Assembly: GCA_965207665.1 (NCBI GenBank)
Contig: CBDBMV010000002.1
Coordinates: 3,527,335-3,591,334 of the forward strand
Reading direction: 5' to 3'
Source of the DNA: Vicinamibacterales bacterium
GTDB taxonomy: Bacteria > Acidobacteriota > Vicinamibacteria > Vicinamibacterales > UBA8438
Length of the DNA stretch: 64,000 nucleotides
A program made the position numbers and the translations under genes. A model generated the notes under the pieces. That model saw only the letters and a list, made by a program, of their open reading frames with translations. It did not search any database and had not been told where the DNA came from. Shown piece after piece: positions 18,937-30,044 of this stretch (its first letter is position 1; each line of letters begins with the position of its first letter).

Positions 18937-19323
18937 GGTCAGGTTGACGACAGGTATCCCCATCGCCTCGGCGGCCGCGCGCATGCGCCGGTCGTAGGTC
19001 GCGAGCTCCACGGCCTGTCCCTGCTGACGCAGGTAATCGATCGACGCCAGGTGCAGTGCATCCAGCGTGCGGACAGGCACGGGAAACGCCTCCAACGCGC
19101 GCGTGATGACCGGCGGCGCCAGTTCCAGCAGGGTAATCCGTGCGAGTAGTGCCCCCGCTGCATCGCCGTGGGATTGCGCGAACGCACGGGCGTGCAGAAC
19201 GGTCCAGATTTCGTACTCGAGCAGGCGGCTGGAAACCAGCGTGTTACCCCAGAACTCGTGGCGCGGGCGCCGACCTTCCAGGAAGAGGTGCGCAAGCGCG
19301 ACAGAGGCGTCGATGTAGATCAC
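18931..19323 (-). CDS. PIN-domain toxin (VapC-like)
   Basis: MIYIDASV, SSRLLEYE, RTLDALHLAS, TYDRRM. Confidence 0.9.
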   Translation of the reverse strand: MIYIDASVALAHLFLEGRRPRHEFWGNTLVSSRLLEYEIWTVLHARAFAQSHGDAAGALLARITLLELAPPVITRALEAFPVPVRTLDALHLASIDYLRQQGQAVELATYDRRMRAAAEAMGIPVVNLTD

Positions 19324-19613
19324 CGGTCGCTGCGAGCCTCGTCCAACATGTCGAGCAGTTCTTCCATCGTCATGACGGGCGGCGGCTTCGGCGGCGGTCC
19401 GGCGCCAGGCATGGCCGCCGGCGTCAGCCAGCCCTTGCGCACGGCATCGGCGAGCAAGGCATCCGCCAGTATGGGGCTGCGCTCTGCCCTGGGCGGAACG
19501 ATTTCCGCGACGACCCGGTCACGGTCCGTCACCAGCACGGTCTCGCCGGCGGCGGCCAGGCGCACGTATTCGCTCAATTTGTTGTTGAGTACCTTCAAGC
19601 CAACGGATCTCAT
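19320..19613 (-). CDS. Phd/YefM-family antitoxin
   Basis: VGLKVLNNKLSEYVR...GETVLVTDRDRVVAEIVP; 4-nt overlap with the PIN gene. Confidence 0.88.
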   Translation of the reverse strand: MRSVGLKVLNNKLSEYVRLAAAGETVLVTDRDRVVAEIVPPRAERSPILADALLADAVRKGWLTPAAMPGAGPPPKPPPVMTMEELLDMLDEARSDR

Positions 19614-19673
19614 GACTACAAAGGTAGCTTCCGGTAGCCACCTCCGTCAAGATTGGCTGGAAGGCGCGAATCC

Positions 19674-20642
19674 TCAGCGCACCTCGCGCTCCTCCGCGCG
19701 GGCGCCGGCCAGGATGTTCGCCAGGCCGTAGTTGCCCTCGTGGCAGGCGAACTCGAAGATCGGCCCGTCCGAAGGCACCATGTCGGTCGTCGCCGTGAAG
19801 GGCCGCGAGAAGGTTGTCGGATCGGTGACCGTGAACTCGTAGCGCAGGTTCCCTTCGTCGGTGCGCGAGAACCGCTCCACCAGCGTGAGGTTGGCGCCGT
19901 TGCCGATCGCCACCGCGATGTACGGGCTGAAGCTCGAGGTCTTGTCCGTGAAGTTCGTGGTCTCGACCACCAGCGTGTCGCCGTCCCAATGCCCCCGCGA
20001 GTCGCCCATCCACTGGCGCATGCCGCCGGGCAGATGGTCGCGTCCATCGAGGGGGACGATGCGCGCGTCGTGGACCATCTCGTTCAGGATGACCACGTAA
20101 TCCTCGGTCTGGAACAGTTGCATGTTGTTGTTGTAGCCGATGGCAACCATCGGCGGCCCCGAGTTGAAGCCGACGATGCACCGCACGGCCACTCCCCTAT
20201 CCTCCGGACCGTCGGTGCCGATGCCGCCGCTACGGTAGCGCACCGGGCGGGCGCCCGCAAAGTCGGCCCATACGGATCCGACCTGAATCTCCACGCCGGG
20301 CAGGATCTCCGGAATGCGGCCGTCCGGCGGATCGATGATCTGCGACGTCCGTTGCCCGCTGTCGGCCGCTATGTCTACCCAGAACGCGTTGTAGGCCCCG
20401 GTAGTCTGCTCCGGAGGAGCATCCGGCGCCCGCCAGTGCCGCGGGCTGCTACTCATGATCGCCTCGGCCTCGGAGGCTGTCGGGGGATTTTCGAGCGGAA
20501 CGTTCGTGTGGAAGTACCACACGCCCTGCAGGTCGGGAGCTCCCCAGGCGGTGCGAGCGCCTACCGCGGACGATGACTGGCCCCATACCGCGGACGGGAT
20601 CAGCAGGACGAGACCTATCGCAAGCAGGCGACATGCAGCCAT
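19674..20642 (-). CDS. Conserved secreted hypothetical protein
   Basis: Signal peptide; GAPDLQGVW, DPPDGRIP, GDSRGHWDGDTLVVETTNF, EFACHEGN; start ATG 20642 with AAGGA RBS. Confidence 0.8.
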   Translation of the reverse strand: MAACRLLAIGLVLLIPSAVWGQSSSAVGARTAWGAPDLQGVWYFHTNVPLENPPTASEAEAIMSSSPRHWRAPDAPPEQTTGAYNAFWVDIAADSGQRTSQIIDPPDGRIPEILPGVEIQVGSVWADFAGARPVRYRSGGIGTDGPEDRGVAVRCIVGFNSGPPMVAIGYNNNMQLFQTEDYVVILNEMVHDARIVPLDGRDHLPGGMRQWMGDSRGHWDGDTLVVETTNFTDKTSSFSPYIAVAIGNGANLTLVERFSRTDEGNLRYEFTVTDPTTFSRPFTATTDMVPSDGPIFEFACHEGNYGLANILAGARAEEREVR

Positions 20643-20697
20643 CACAGGAGTCCTTTCGGTCATCACAATTCGTGGCGGGTTTCGTACGCCTGCGAGT

Positions 20698-21522
20698 CTA
20701 GCAGCCGTGAAAGGCGATCCACCAGCCGAGGGCGCCGACGAGCACGCCCGACAGCGTGTCGACCGCATAGTGGTAGCGGCCGAGCACCGTCCCGATGCTG
20801 ATGCCCGCCGCCACGCCGAGCAACACGGCGCCGGCCGCCGGGGAAACCGACCACACTGCCAGGCCAACCGCCACGGAGGTCGCGGCGTGGCCGCTCGGCA
20901 ACGTGTTCACCTGCACGCTCAGGCGGTGCAGGACTACCCGGTTCAGCCGGCGCAGCACCGGGTACGGCGAGCAGAGCGGTTCCTGCATCGCCAGCGCGCG
21001 CGGCGGCCGTGTCTGAATCCACGGCAGCATGCCGTAGCAGCCGAACGCCGCGATTAGCGCGGCCGTCCAGAATGCATCGGCGCGGGCGCCCTGTCCCAGC
21101 ACCAGGAAGGCCGCGAAGCCGAACGGTACCAGCGGGTAGGCCAGCAGGTAGGCCAGCTCGAAGCCGGAGCAGACGATGCGCGGCGTGCGCGCCACGAGGC
21201 GCCCCAGCGCACGCGGCCCGAACAGCCACCCGTCGATGGCCAGCAGGCGCTGCTCAACGCCCTGCATGGGGCGGCGGAAAAAGACGCCGCACATCCAGTA
21301 CCCCTGCAGCAGGTAGACCGCGGGCAGCCACTCGCGCAGGACCTCGAGGGTGGGTGATGGTCGCAAACGCGCGAGCAGGAGTATGAGCGCAATGCAGACG
21401 AGGCCCACCAGCGCCACCCGGCGGCGTGCGACGGCGGCCAGCGGCTGGACGCGCGACAGCACCACCAGGTAGGTGAAGAAACCGCAGACGACCCACTCGC
21501 TCGTCCAGAGATCGAGCTGCAT
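20698..21522 (-). CDS. PAP2-superfamily membrane phosphatase/phosphotransferase
   Basis: Multiple TM segments; PSGH and RYHYAVD motifs. Confidence 0.8.
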   Translation of the reverse strand: MQLDLWTSEWVVCGFFTYLVVLSRVQPLAAVARRRVALVGLVCIALILLLARLRPSPTLEVLREWLPAVYLLQGYWMCGVFFRRPMQGVEQRLLAIDGWLFGPRALGRLVARTPRIVCSGFELAYLLAYPLVPFGFAAFLVLGQGARADAFWTAALIAAFGCYGMLPWIQTRPPRALAMQEPLCSPYPVLRRLNRVVLHRLSVQVNTLPSGHAATSVAVGLAVWSVSPAAGAVLLGVAAGISIGTVLGRYHYAVDTLSGVLVGALGWWIAFHGC

Positions 21523-21616
21523 TTCGGGCGCCTCGTCGAATGCCGCAAAGGTATGCAGCGCTGGTGCGCGGTGTCAACAGTGCTCGCGCACCGTGCGCGC
21601 GCCGCTCCGGGCGCGC

Positions 21617-22306
21617 CTAGCGGAACAGGTTGTACTTGACGATGCACCAGACCGCGTGGAGGCCGTCGCGCCAGTCGATCTTCTTGCCGTCCTCGAACGT
21701 GCGCCCGGCGTAGGACACGCCCACTTCGTAGACCCGGATGCCGCGCAGCTTGACGAGTTTGGCGGTTATCTCGGGCTCGAAGCCGAAGCGGTCCTCCTCG
21801 ATGCGGATCTGCTGGATCACCTCGCGGCGGAACACCTTGTAACCGGTCTCCATGTCCGTGAGGTTGAGGTTCGTGAACAGGTTGCTCAGGAACGTCACGC
21901 AGCGGTTACCCAGCGCGTGCCAGAAATACAGCATGCGGTGGGAATGGCCGCCCACAAAGCGGGAGCCGTAGACGACGTCCGCCCGGCCCTCGAGAATCGG
22001 CTCGACCAGTTGGGCGTAGTCCCGCGGGTCGTACTCCAGGTCGGCATCCTGCACGAGGACGATGTCCTGGCGCGCCAGCGGGAAGCCGCTGCGCAGCGCA
22101 GCGCCCTTGCCCTGGTTGCGCTCGTGGCGGACGACCCGGATGTCCTCGTTTTGTTCGAGCCGCTCCAGCTTCTCGCGCGTGCCGTCGGTCGACCCGTCGT
22201 CGACGATGATGATCTCCTTGTCGTACGGCGCGGCCCGCACGCGCTCGACGATGGTCTCGATCGTCGACGCTTCGTTGTAGGTGGGAATGACTATCGACAG
22301 GCCCAT
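21617..22306 (-). CDS. GT2 glycosyltransferase (polyprenol-phosphate type)
   Basis: SIVIPTYNE, VDDGSTDGT, QDADLEYDP, DMETGYK. Confidence 0.92.
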   Translation of the reverse strand: MGLSIVIPTYNEASTIETIVERVRAAPYDKEIIIVDDGSTDGTREKLERLEQNEDIRVVRHERNQGKGAALRSGFPLARQDIVLVQDADLEYDPRDYAQLVEPILEGRADVVYGSRFVGGHSHRMLYFWHALGNRCVTFLSNLFTNLNLTDMETGYKVFRREVIQQIRIEEDRFGFEPEITAKLVKLRGIRVYEVGVSYAGRTFEDGKKIDWRDGLHAVWCIVKYNLFR

Positions 22307-22372
22307 GAGATGCTTCTATGCAGAACCCAATACGGTACCACGCAGGCGCTATGATTCGCACGGGAGACGGTC

Positions 22373-23401
22373 ATGAAGACAGCGCAGGAGATCGCGGAGT
22401 TCGTGGGCGGCACGCTCAGGGGCGACGCACAGCAGGAGATTCACGGCGTCGGCAGCCTGGACCATGCCGGCCCCGGCATGCTGGCATACGCCGAGTCCGC
22501 CTACGTGGATCGCGTACCGGCCACCGGCGCGTCATGCGTGCTGGTGCCGGCGGGCGACTATCCGGACCGCACGGTCATCCTGGTCGACAACCCGCGGCTG
22601 GCGTTCGCCCGCGCGGCGCAGTGGCTGGCGCCGGCCGAGAGCCCGCAGCCCGGCGTGCATCCGGAGGCGCTGGTTCACGAGGGCGCCGTGGTCGCGCCGG
22701 ACGCCGCCGTCGGGGCCTGGACGCTGATCGAGCACGGCGCGCGCGTGGGGGCGCGCACGGTCGTCTACCCGGGCTGCTACGTCGGCGCCGGCAGCCGCAT
22801 CGGTGACGACTGCGTCGTCTTTCCGCACGTGGTCATCTATCCGGGCGTGACCGTCGGGGACCGGAGCGTCCTGCACGCCGGGGTGGTACTCGGCGCCGAC
22901 GGCTTCGGCTTCGTCTCCGACGGGGCACGGCACGTCAAGGTGCCGCAGGTCGGCCGTGTGGAGATCGGCTCCGATGTCGAGATCGGCTCGAACAGTTGCG
23001 TGGATCGGGCGGCGCTGGACGAGACGGCGATCGGGGACGGCGTGAAGATCGACAACCTCTGCCAGATCGGACACAACGTCCGGGTCGGCGCGCACGCCAT
23101 CATTTCCGCACAGACCGGTGTCGCCGGCAGCACCCGCATCGGCGGCCGTTCCACCATCGGCGGGCAGGTCGGCATCGGCGACCACTGCCGCATCGACGAG
23201 GGGGCGATCGTCGGCTCGGGCGGCGGCATCCCCAGCCGCAAGCGCGTGCCCGGCGGCGTCGTGTACTGGGGCACGCCCGCACGGCCGCTCAGCGACGTCA
23301 AGCTGCAGCAGGCGCACCTGTCGCGCCTGCCGAAGATGGCGGAGGAGCTGAAGCAGTTGCGCGAAGAAGTGCAGGCCCTGAGGGAGCGGATGGCCGGCTG
23401 A
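22373..23401 (+). CDS. lpxD: UDP-3-O-acylglucosamine N-acyltransferase
   Basis: Hexapeptide repeats, [19 protein letters not shown]. Confidence 0.95.
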   Translation: MKTAQEIAEFVGGTLRGDAQQEIHGVGSLDHAGPGMLAYAESAYVDRVPATGASCVLVPAGDYPDRTVILVDNPRLAFARAAQWLAPAESPQPGVHPEALVHEGAVVAPDAAVGAWTLIEHGARVGARTVVYPGCYVGAGSRIGDDCVVFPHVVIYPGVTVGDRSVLHAGVVLGADGFGFVSDGARHVKVPQVGRVEIGSDVEIGSNSCVDRAALDETAIGDGVKIDNLCQIGHNVRVGAHAIISAQTGVAGSTRIGGRSTIGGQVGIGDHCRIDEGAIVGSGGGIPSRKRVPGGVVYWGTPARPLSDVKLQQAHLSRLPKMAEELKQLREEVQALRERMAG

Positions 23402-23412
23402 TACGGCGCGGG

Positions 23413-24477
23413 TCAGGCGTTCTCCAACAAGCGGTCCACCTGCTCGGCCACGGCCTCCACCGGCACCTGGTCGAGGCACGGCGGCCGGCCGTCGGCGGTC
23501 GGCGGCGAAGGGCACTCGTCGAAGAAGCGCTCCCGGCAGGGAGAGCACGGAAAACGGGCCGTTACCGCGTGGTGCGCGGCGCCCGGACCGCCCCGCGGCG
23601 ACGTGTGGTCCGGGGTCGACGGCCCGTAGATGCCGATTGTCGGCAATCCGAGCGCGGCGGCGATGTGCAGCGGCCCGCTGTCGTTCCCCACGTACAGCCG
23701 GCAGCGTTCGATGACCGCGCCAAGCTGGATCAGCGTGAGCCCGCCGACCAGGTGAATCGCCGGGTGCGCCGGCCAGCCTGCCGGCGGATCGAACGGCGCG
23801 CGGTGATGGACGAGCACCGGCACCCCGGCTGCGCGATCCGCAATCGTCTCGGCCAGACGGCAGAACCGCTCGGCCGACCAGGACCGGGGCGTCTTGGCCG
23901 CGGCGGGGTTGACCAGCACGGGCCGGTCTTCCGCGGCAATCCCTGTCCGCCGCAACAAGTCGTCCGCAAACTCGCGCTCGGGCGGCTGCAGGCTGAGCGC
24001 CGCGGAGTCGGCCGCCGGCGCCGCGCCGATCGCGGCCGCCAGATCGAGGAATCCGTCAGTCCGATGCTTGCCGGGGTCGGGCGCCACGGGATGCGTCAGC
24101 AGCAGCTCCCGGCGGTCGGTTGCGTGTCCGACGCGCACCGGAATTCCGGCCGCCCGCGCGGTCAACGCGCTCTCGAACGACGGCGCAAACAGCACCGCCG
24201 CCTGCAACCGCTCGGCGCGCAGGGCCGCCACCGCGGCCTGCCAGGCGCGCAGACGGCCGCGGCCGGCCGGCGGCGGGGCCGGCATGACGTCGTCGAACAC
24301 CGTGATCCGGCTCGCCAGCTCCGCGTGATCGGTCCGCGCCATGGCGACGAAGCGCGCCGCCGGCAGGTGGCTGCGCAGCGCGTGGACGGCCGGCAGCGCC
24401 ATCACGATGTCGCCCACCCAGTTCGGGAGGCGGATAAGCAGGCGCTCGACCGGGGGCGGGATGCCGGCGCTGTCCAT
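23413..24477 (-). CDS. waaF: Lipopolysaccharide heptosyltransferase II (GT9)
   Basis: PNWVGDIVMALP, VGNDSGPLHIAAALG, GPS motifs. Confidence 0.85.
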   Translation of the reverse strand: MDSAGIPPPVERLLIRLPNWVGDIVMALPAVHALRSHLPAARFVAMARTDHAELASRITVFDDVMPAPPPAGRGRLRAWQAAVAALRAERLQAAVLFAPSFESALTARAAGIPVRVGHATDRRELLLTHPVAPDPGKHRTDGFLDLAAAIGAAPAADSAALSLQPPEREFADDLLRRTGIAAEDRPVLVNPAAAKTPRSWSAERFCRLAETIADRAAGVPVLVHHRAPFDPPAGWPAHPAIHLVGGLTLIQLGAVIERCRLYVGNDSGPLHIAAALGLPTIGIYGPSTPDHTSPRGGPGAAHHAVTARFPCSPCRERFFDECPSPPTADGRPPCLDQVPVEAVAEQVDRLLENA

Positions 24478-24563
24478 ACCGGCATTCTACCGGCTGCCGC
24501 GCGGCCGGCCGGTCTTGGCGTCCCATAGGGCGACCCGCGGCGCCGTCTGTACAATGGCGCGCG

Positions 24564-25409
<846 letters not shown>

Positions 25410-25421
<12 letters not shown>

Positions 25422-26534
25422 CGGAATGCCGGTCCTGAAGTCTTGTACGAGAGACTCCATGACGGCGGTGAACCGGCCGGTTTCCTCGTACAGCCGGCGC
25501 TGGCGCACGTAGCTCGGCCCGTCGCGCATGATCGTGCCGATGCGCGCGAGATCGTCGCTTGCACCGAGCCGCGCCGCAACCGGATCGAGCGCCTCTAGCA
25601 GACGAGCGATCTCATCGCGCAGCCGTTCCAGCTTGCCGTCTTCGTCGACGATCAGGTCGGCGTCCAGCGCCCAGCGCGCCGCGCGCCACTTGTTCTCGCG
25701 CACGATCCAGTAGCGCTGGAGCGGGAGATAATTCCCCTCGTCGTACTGATCGCCCAGCCAGACCACCAGCGCCTGGATCAATGCGGTCATGGCGACGATG
25801 TCGTCCAGCGTCGGCAGGCCGTCGCAGATGCGCACCTCGACCGTGCCGAATTCCGGGTGCGGGCGCACGTCCCACCAGACCTCCCGGATGGACTCGATCG
25901 CCCTGGCGTTCACCAGCGTCGTCATCAGCCGCTGGAACTCCCCCCAGTTCAGCAGGCGGTACGGCAGCCCCGCCGTCGGCAGGCTCTCGAACACCTTGAC
26001 GCGGCAGGACGTGAGGCCGGTGTCGAGGCTGTTGAAGTACGGCGAGCTGGCGGAGAGCGCCAGCAGATGCGGGAGGTACGTGGTCAGTGAATTGAAAACG
26101 GCTATCGCCTTCTCGCCGCTCTCGATGCCGACGTGCACGTGCAGCCCGAAGATCATCAGGCGGCGGGCCGGCCACTGGCAGCGGTCGACCAGCACGTTGT
26201 AGCGCTCCTTCGCCGTGACGCGCTGCTCGGACCACTCCGCGAACGGGTGGGTGCCGGCGGACGCCACCTCGTACCCCAGCTCGTCGCAGACCGCCAGCAA
26301 CTGTCCGATCCGCTGTTCCAGGTCGCGGCGCACCTCCGCAACGTCGCGGCAGACGTCGGTGTTCAGCTCGATGGTCGACTCGATCAGCTCCGGCTTGATG
26401 TGCGCGTCGCCGGGCCGGCTCTCGATGATGCGGGGCGCGCCCGACACGAGATTCTTCGTTTCCGGATCGAGAATCTGCAGCTCCACCTCGACGCCCAGCG
26501 TGGGAGCCGGCGAGCCGTTGAAGGCGATCTTCAT
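25410..26534 (-). CDS. YbdK-family carboxylate-amine ligase (glutamate-cysteine ligase 2)
   Basis: TLGVEVELQ, FGLHVHVG, WWDVRPHP..GTVEVR, ENKWRAAR; start moved to ATG 26534. Confidence 0.92.
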
Positions 26535-26614
26535 TGCTGTATAGTCTCCCAGATTGGCGCGCGCGGTGCGAAACCGCCCGCAGAGTCCCCCCGCCGAACA
26601 GCCGATCGAGGGCC

Positions 26615-27073
26615 ATGCGGACCAACCCGCACTTCTCTCCAGCCTTCTGGCGCTATACGGCATTCCAGATACCAGGCTGGCTGCTGGCGTCCGCCGGCGC
26701 CTACTGGCTGTACAGCGCCATCGGCGTGCCGGCGTGGGTCGCCGCCGGTCTGCCGCTGGCCTGGGTGATCAAGGACTACGCGCTCTACCCGTTCCTGCGG
26801 TTCGCGTACGAAGCGGATCAACGGCGACCGATCGAACGCCTGGTCGGCGTCGAGGGCGCCGCGGTCGAGCCGCTGGCGCCGGACGGCTACGTGCGCGTGC
26901 GTGGCGAGTTGTGGCGTGCGCGCGGCATTCCGGCGGACGACGCCGTCGGCGCCGGCGACGCCGTGGAGGTCGTCGGCATCGACGGCGCGACGTTGCTCGT
27001 CAGCTCGGCGGGAAAAGGGAGCGGTCGATACCCGGAATCACCTCGAGCGCGTTCCGGTAGTACAGCTTCCTGA
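26615..27073 (+). CDS. NfeD-like membrane protein
   Basis: Two TM helices followed by PDGYVRVRGELWRA OB-fold motif. Confidence 0.8.
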   Translation: MRTNPHFSPAFWRYTAFQIPGWLLASAGAYWLYSAIGVPAWVAAGLPLAWVIKDYALYPFLRFAYEADQRRPIERLVGVEGAAVEPLAPDGYVRVRGELWRARGIPADDAVGAGDAVEVVGIDGATLLVSSAGKGSGRYPESPRARSGSTAS

Positions 27074-28163
27074 GCACCTCGTCCGGCAGATCCATGCCGT
27101 ACATCTTCCAGAAGGCGTGGTAGCGCCGGTAATAGTCGAAGTACTCGTCCGCCGTCTCGAACGTGCGCCAGTAGTACGGGAACTCCTCCGGCGCGTAGCG
27201 GTCCTTGCCGAACAGCACGCGGTCCTGGTACTCGGTGAAGAAATTCCGCGCGGCGCGCGGCTGCCGGCCCAGCTCGTAGAGGATCGCTCCCGTCTCGGCA
27301 TAGACGTTTGGCAGCCGGTCGAGCACCCGGCCGAGACGGCCCAGGTCGTTGGCGTGCCAGCCCATGTGGGCCGCGATGAACCGCGTGCCGGGATGGCGCG
27401 CGAAAAGCCGATCGCGCTCCTCGATCATGGTGTCGAAGCTCGGGTAGCGGTCGGCCGGCAGGCGCCGGCGCGGCAGCAGCGTCAGCTCCAGCCAGCGCTC
27501 GTTGTAGCGATCGACCGGCTCGTAGAACGACAGCGGCTCGCCGACGTGCATCAGCACCGGGATGTCCAGCCGCCCCGCGGTCTCGAACACCGGATCGAGC
27601 TCCGGATGGTCCACGGGCACGCGCGCGCCGCTCTGATCGCGCACGCTGATGCCGAAGTCCTTGAAGAACTTCAGGCCGACGGCGCCGGCCGCCACGTCGC
27701 GCTCGAGCTGCTCCGCGGCGCGCGCCCCGAAGCCCGGCCCCACGCCGCCGCTGAAGTTGAGGTTGGCGAAGAAGACCATCCGCCCCGGATGGTCGCTGCC
27801 GGCGATCGTCTCGACGCCGCGCTGCAGCATCGCGCCCGATCCACCGCTCAGATTCACCAGCACGCGCAGGTTGAGCGCATCCATCTCGCTTACGACGCCG
27901 TGCCAGCGGTCGACGGAGAAACCGGGCCGGTGATGGCTGTGGACATCGACGGTCGGGTACCTGGCGCGGGCCACGGGGTGCTCGTCCACCACCAGCGTGG
28001 AACGCGGCTCGTACTCTTCGACGGTAAGCGCCGTCTCGTCCCGCGACTGCGCCGCGGTAGGCTGCGGCTGCGGGACCGGAGACAGGTCGGGGGATGCGGG
28101 CAGCAGCGACCAGGCGACCGCGGCAAGCGCCGCCAGACCGACCGCTATCGCGAGACGCCGCAT
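27000..28163 (-). CDS. Amidohydrolase family protein, secreted
   Basis: Signal peptide; DVHSH, GLK, MHVGEP, AAHMG, LFGKD; start moved to ATG 28163. Confidence 0.9.
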   Translation of the reverse strand: MRRLAIAVGLAALAAVAWSLLPASPDLSPVPQPQPTAAQSRDETALTVEEYEPRSTLVVDEHPVARARYPTVDVHSHHRPGFSVDRWHGVVSEMDALNLRVLVNLSGGSGAMLQRGVETIAGSDHPGRMVFFANLNFSGGVGPGFGARAAEQLERDVAAGAVGLKFFKDFGISVRDQSGARVPVDHPELDPVFETAGRLDIPVLMHVGEPLSFYEPVDRYNERWLELTLLPRRRLPADRYPSFDTMIEERDRLFARHPGTRFIAAHMGWHANDLGRLGRVLDRLPNVYAETGAILYELGRQPRAARNFFTEYQDRVLFGKDRYAPEEFPYYWRTFETADEYFDYYRRYHAFWKMYGMDLPDEVLRKLYYRNALEVIPGIDRSLFPPS

Positions 28164-28184
28164 CGCACTACCCCTCCGTTCAGG

Positions 28185-28599
28185 ATTCCGCCGCAGCGCG
28201 GCCATAAGCCGAATTCTGTGCCGGCGCGCCGCGGTTGCCCGCGAACGCGCCGGTGACGACCATTCCTCTAGCCCCGCCGTCTCCGGCGGGATCAAGCGAC
28301 CTACCCGGAAGCTTCGGGCGGACCACCCTCAAGCGCTCCCCTATTTGGTCTTGCTCCGTGCGGGGTTTAGCCTGCCACCCGCCTTGCAGCGGGCGCGGTG
28401 CGCTCTTACCGCACCTTTTCACCCTTACCTGCCCCGCCCATGCGGGCGCGGCCGGCGGTATGTTTTCTGTGCCACTTTCCTTCAGGTCACCCTGACCGGG
28501 CGTTACCCGGCGCACTGCCCTCTGGAGTTCGGACTTTCCTCCCCGCGCCCGCGCCGGGGCGCGTGCGCGCGGCGGTCGTCCGGCCGGCTGCGGCGGAAT
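28185..28599 (-). ncRNA. rnpB: RNase P RNA (type A)
   Basis: Minus strand contains GAGGAAAGTCCGAACTCC, GGAAAGTGGCACAGAAAA, GGGTGAAAAGGTGCGGTAAGAGCGCACC, ACAGAATTCGGCTTA; ends pair as a P1 helix. Confidence 0.97.
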
Positions 28600-28631
28600 G
28601 TCAAAGAGCTCGGATTCTCGGCAACGGCTCG

Positions 28632-29999
28632 TCAGCCGTCCGCCTCCTGGCGAATATTGTACTGCTCGAGCTTCTTGTACAGGTTGCTGCGCGGGGTGTC
28701 TATCTCCTCGGCGGTCTTCGAGATGTTCCACTCGAACTCGCGCAGCTTGCGCACCAGGAAGGCGCGCTCGCTGGTCTCCTTGAACTCGCGCAGCGTGCGG
28801 CCGGTCTGGTCCGGCACGGCGCCCGCGGGCCGCGCGCCGCTGCCGAGCACCGCCCGCACGTCCCCGCCGTCGATCTCGTCGCCCGAGGTCATGACGATCA
28901 GCCGCTCGACGGAGTTGCGCAACTCGCGCACGTTGCCGCGCCAGTGCTGCCCGCTGAGCGCGTCGAGGGCGTCTGCGGTGAACGTCTTGGGGTGGAAGTT
29001 GTTCTCGCGCGCGAACAGCACGGCAAAGTGCTCGACGAGCGGCGGCACGTCCTCCGGCCGCTCGCGGAGCGGCGGCACGCCGATGGGAATGACGCTGAGC
29101 CGGAAGAACAGATCCTCCCGAAACTCGCCGGTGTCGATGGCCTGGGCGAGGTCCTTGTTCGTGGCGGCCAGCACCCGCACGTCCACCTTGATGGTGCGCG
29201 CGGAGCCGAGCCGCTCCACCTCGCCCTCCTGCAGCACGCGCAGCACCTTCGCCTGGGTCTTGAGGCTCATGTCGCCCACCTCGTCCAGGAATATGGTGCC
29301 CCGGTCCGCCTGCTCGAACTTGCCGATCTGCTTTTGCGTCGCGCCGGTGAACGACCCCTTCTCGTGGCCGAACAGCTCCGACTCGATCAGATCGTCGGGT
29401 ATCGCCGCGCAGTTGACCTGTACGAACGCCTCCCGGCTGCGTGGGCTGGCGCGATAGATGGCGCGCGCCACCAGTTCCTTGCCGACGCCGCTCTCCCCCT
29501 GGATGAGCACCGCACTGCGCACCGGCGCGGCGCGCTGGATCGCCTCGTTCACCCCGCCGAGCGCCCGGCTCTCGCCGATCATCCGGTAGCGCTCCTCGGC
29601 CTTCTGCAGCAAGGTGCGGTTCTCGTGCCGCAGGCGCCGCTGGTCGAGCGCGTTGCGGATGGTGACCTTGACGCGCTCGGTGGAGAGCGGCTTCTCCAGG
29701 AAGTCGAAGGCCCCGAGGCGGGTGGCTTCCACCGCCGTGCTGACCGTGCCGTGACCGGAAATCATCACCACCGGCAACGTCTCGTCGAGGTGGCGGATCC
29801 GGCGCAGCACCTCCAGGCCGTCCATGCCCGGCATCTTGACGTCGAGGAACACCATGTCCGGCGCGTCGGCCGCAACGCGCGCCAGTCCCTCTTCGCCGCC
29901 CGGCGCCGGCAGGCATTCGTAGCCGTCGTACTCCAGGATCATCCGCAGCGAATCGCGGATGGCCGCCTCGTCGTCGATCACCAGGATGCGGTGCTTCAT
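28632..29999 (-). CDS. Sigma-54-dependent response regulator (NtrC/NtrX-like)
   Basis: Receiver LDVKMPGMDG; GESGVGKE, GSFTGA, FLDEVG, WRGNVREL; C-terminal HTH. Confidence 0.95.
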   Translation of the reverse strand: MKHRILVIDDEAAIRDSLRMILEYDGYECLPAPGGEEGLARVAADAPDMVFLDVKMPGMDGLEVLRRIRHLDETLPVVMISGHGTVSTAVEATRLGAFDFLEKPLSTERVKVTIRNALDQRRLRHENRTLLQKAEERYRMIGESRALGGVNEAIQRAAPVRSAVLIQGESGVGKELVARAIYRASPRSREAFVQVNCAAIPDDLIESELFGHEKGSFTGATQKQIGKFEQADRGTIFLDEVGDMSLKTQAKVLRVLQEGEVERLGSARTIKVDVRVLAATNKDLAQAIDTGEFREDLFFRLSVIPIGVPPLRERPEDVPPLVEHFAVLFARENNFHPKTFTADALDALSGQHWRGNVRELRNSVERLIVMTSGDEIDGGDVRAVLGSGARPAGAVPDQTGRTLREFKETSERAFLVRKLREFEWNISKTAEEIDTPRSNLYKKLEQYNIRQEADG

Positions 30000-30044
30000 G
30001 TCGGTTCTTCCGAGAGGTCGCGCGGTCTCACGGCGCGGGTTCGG

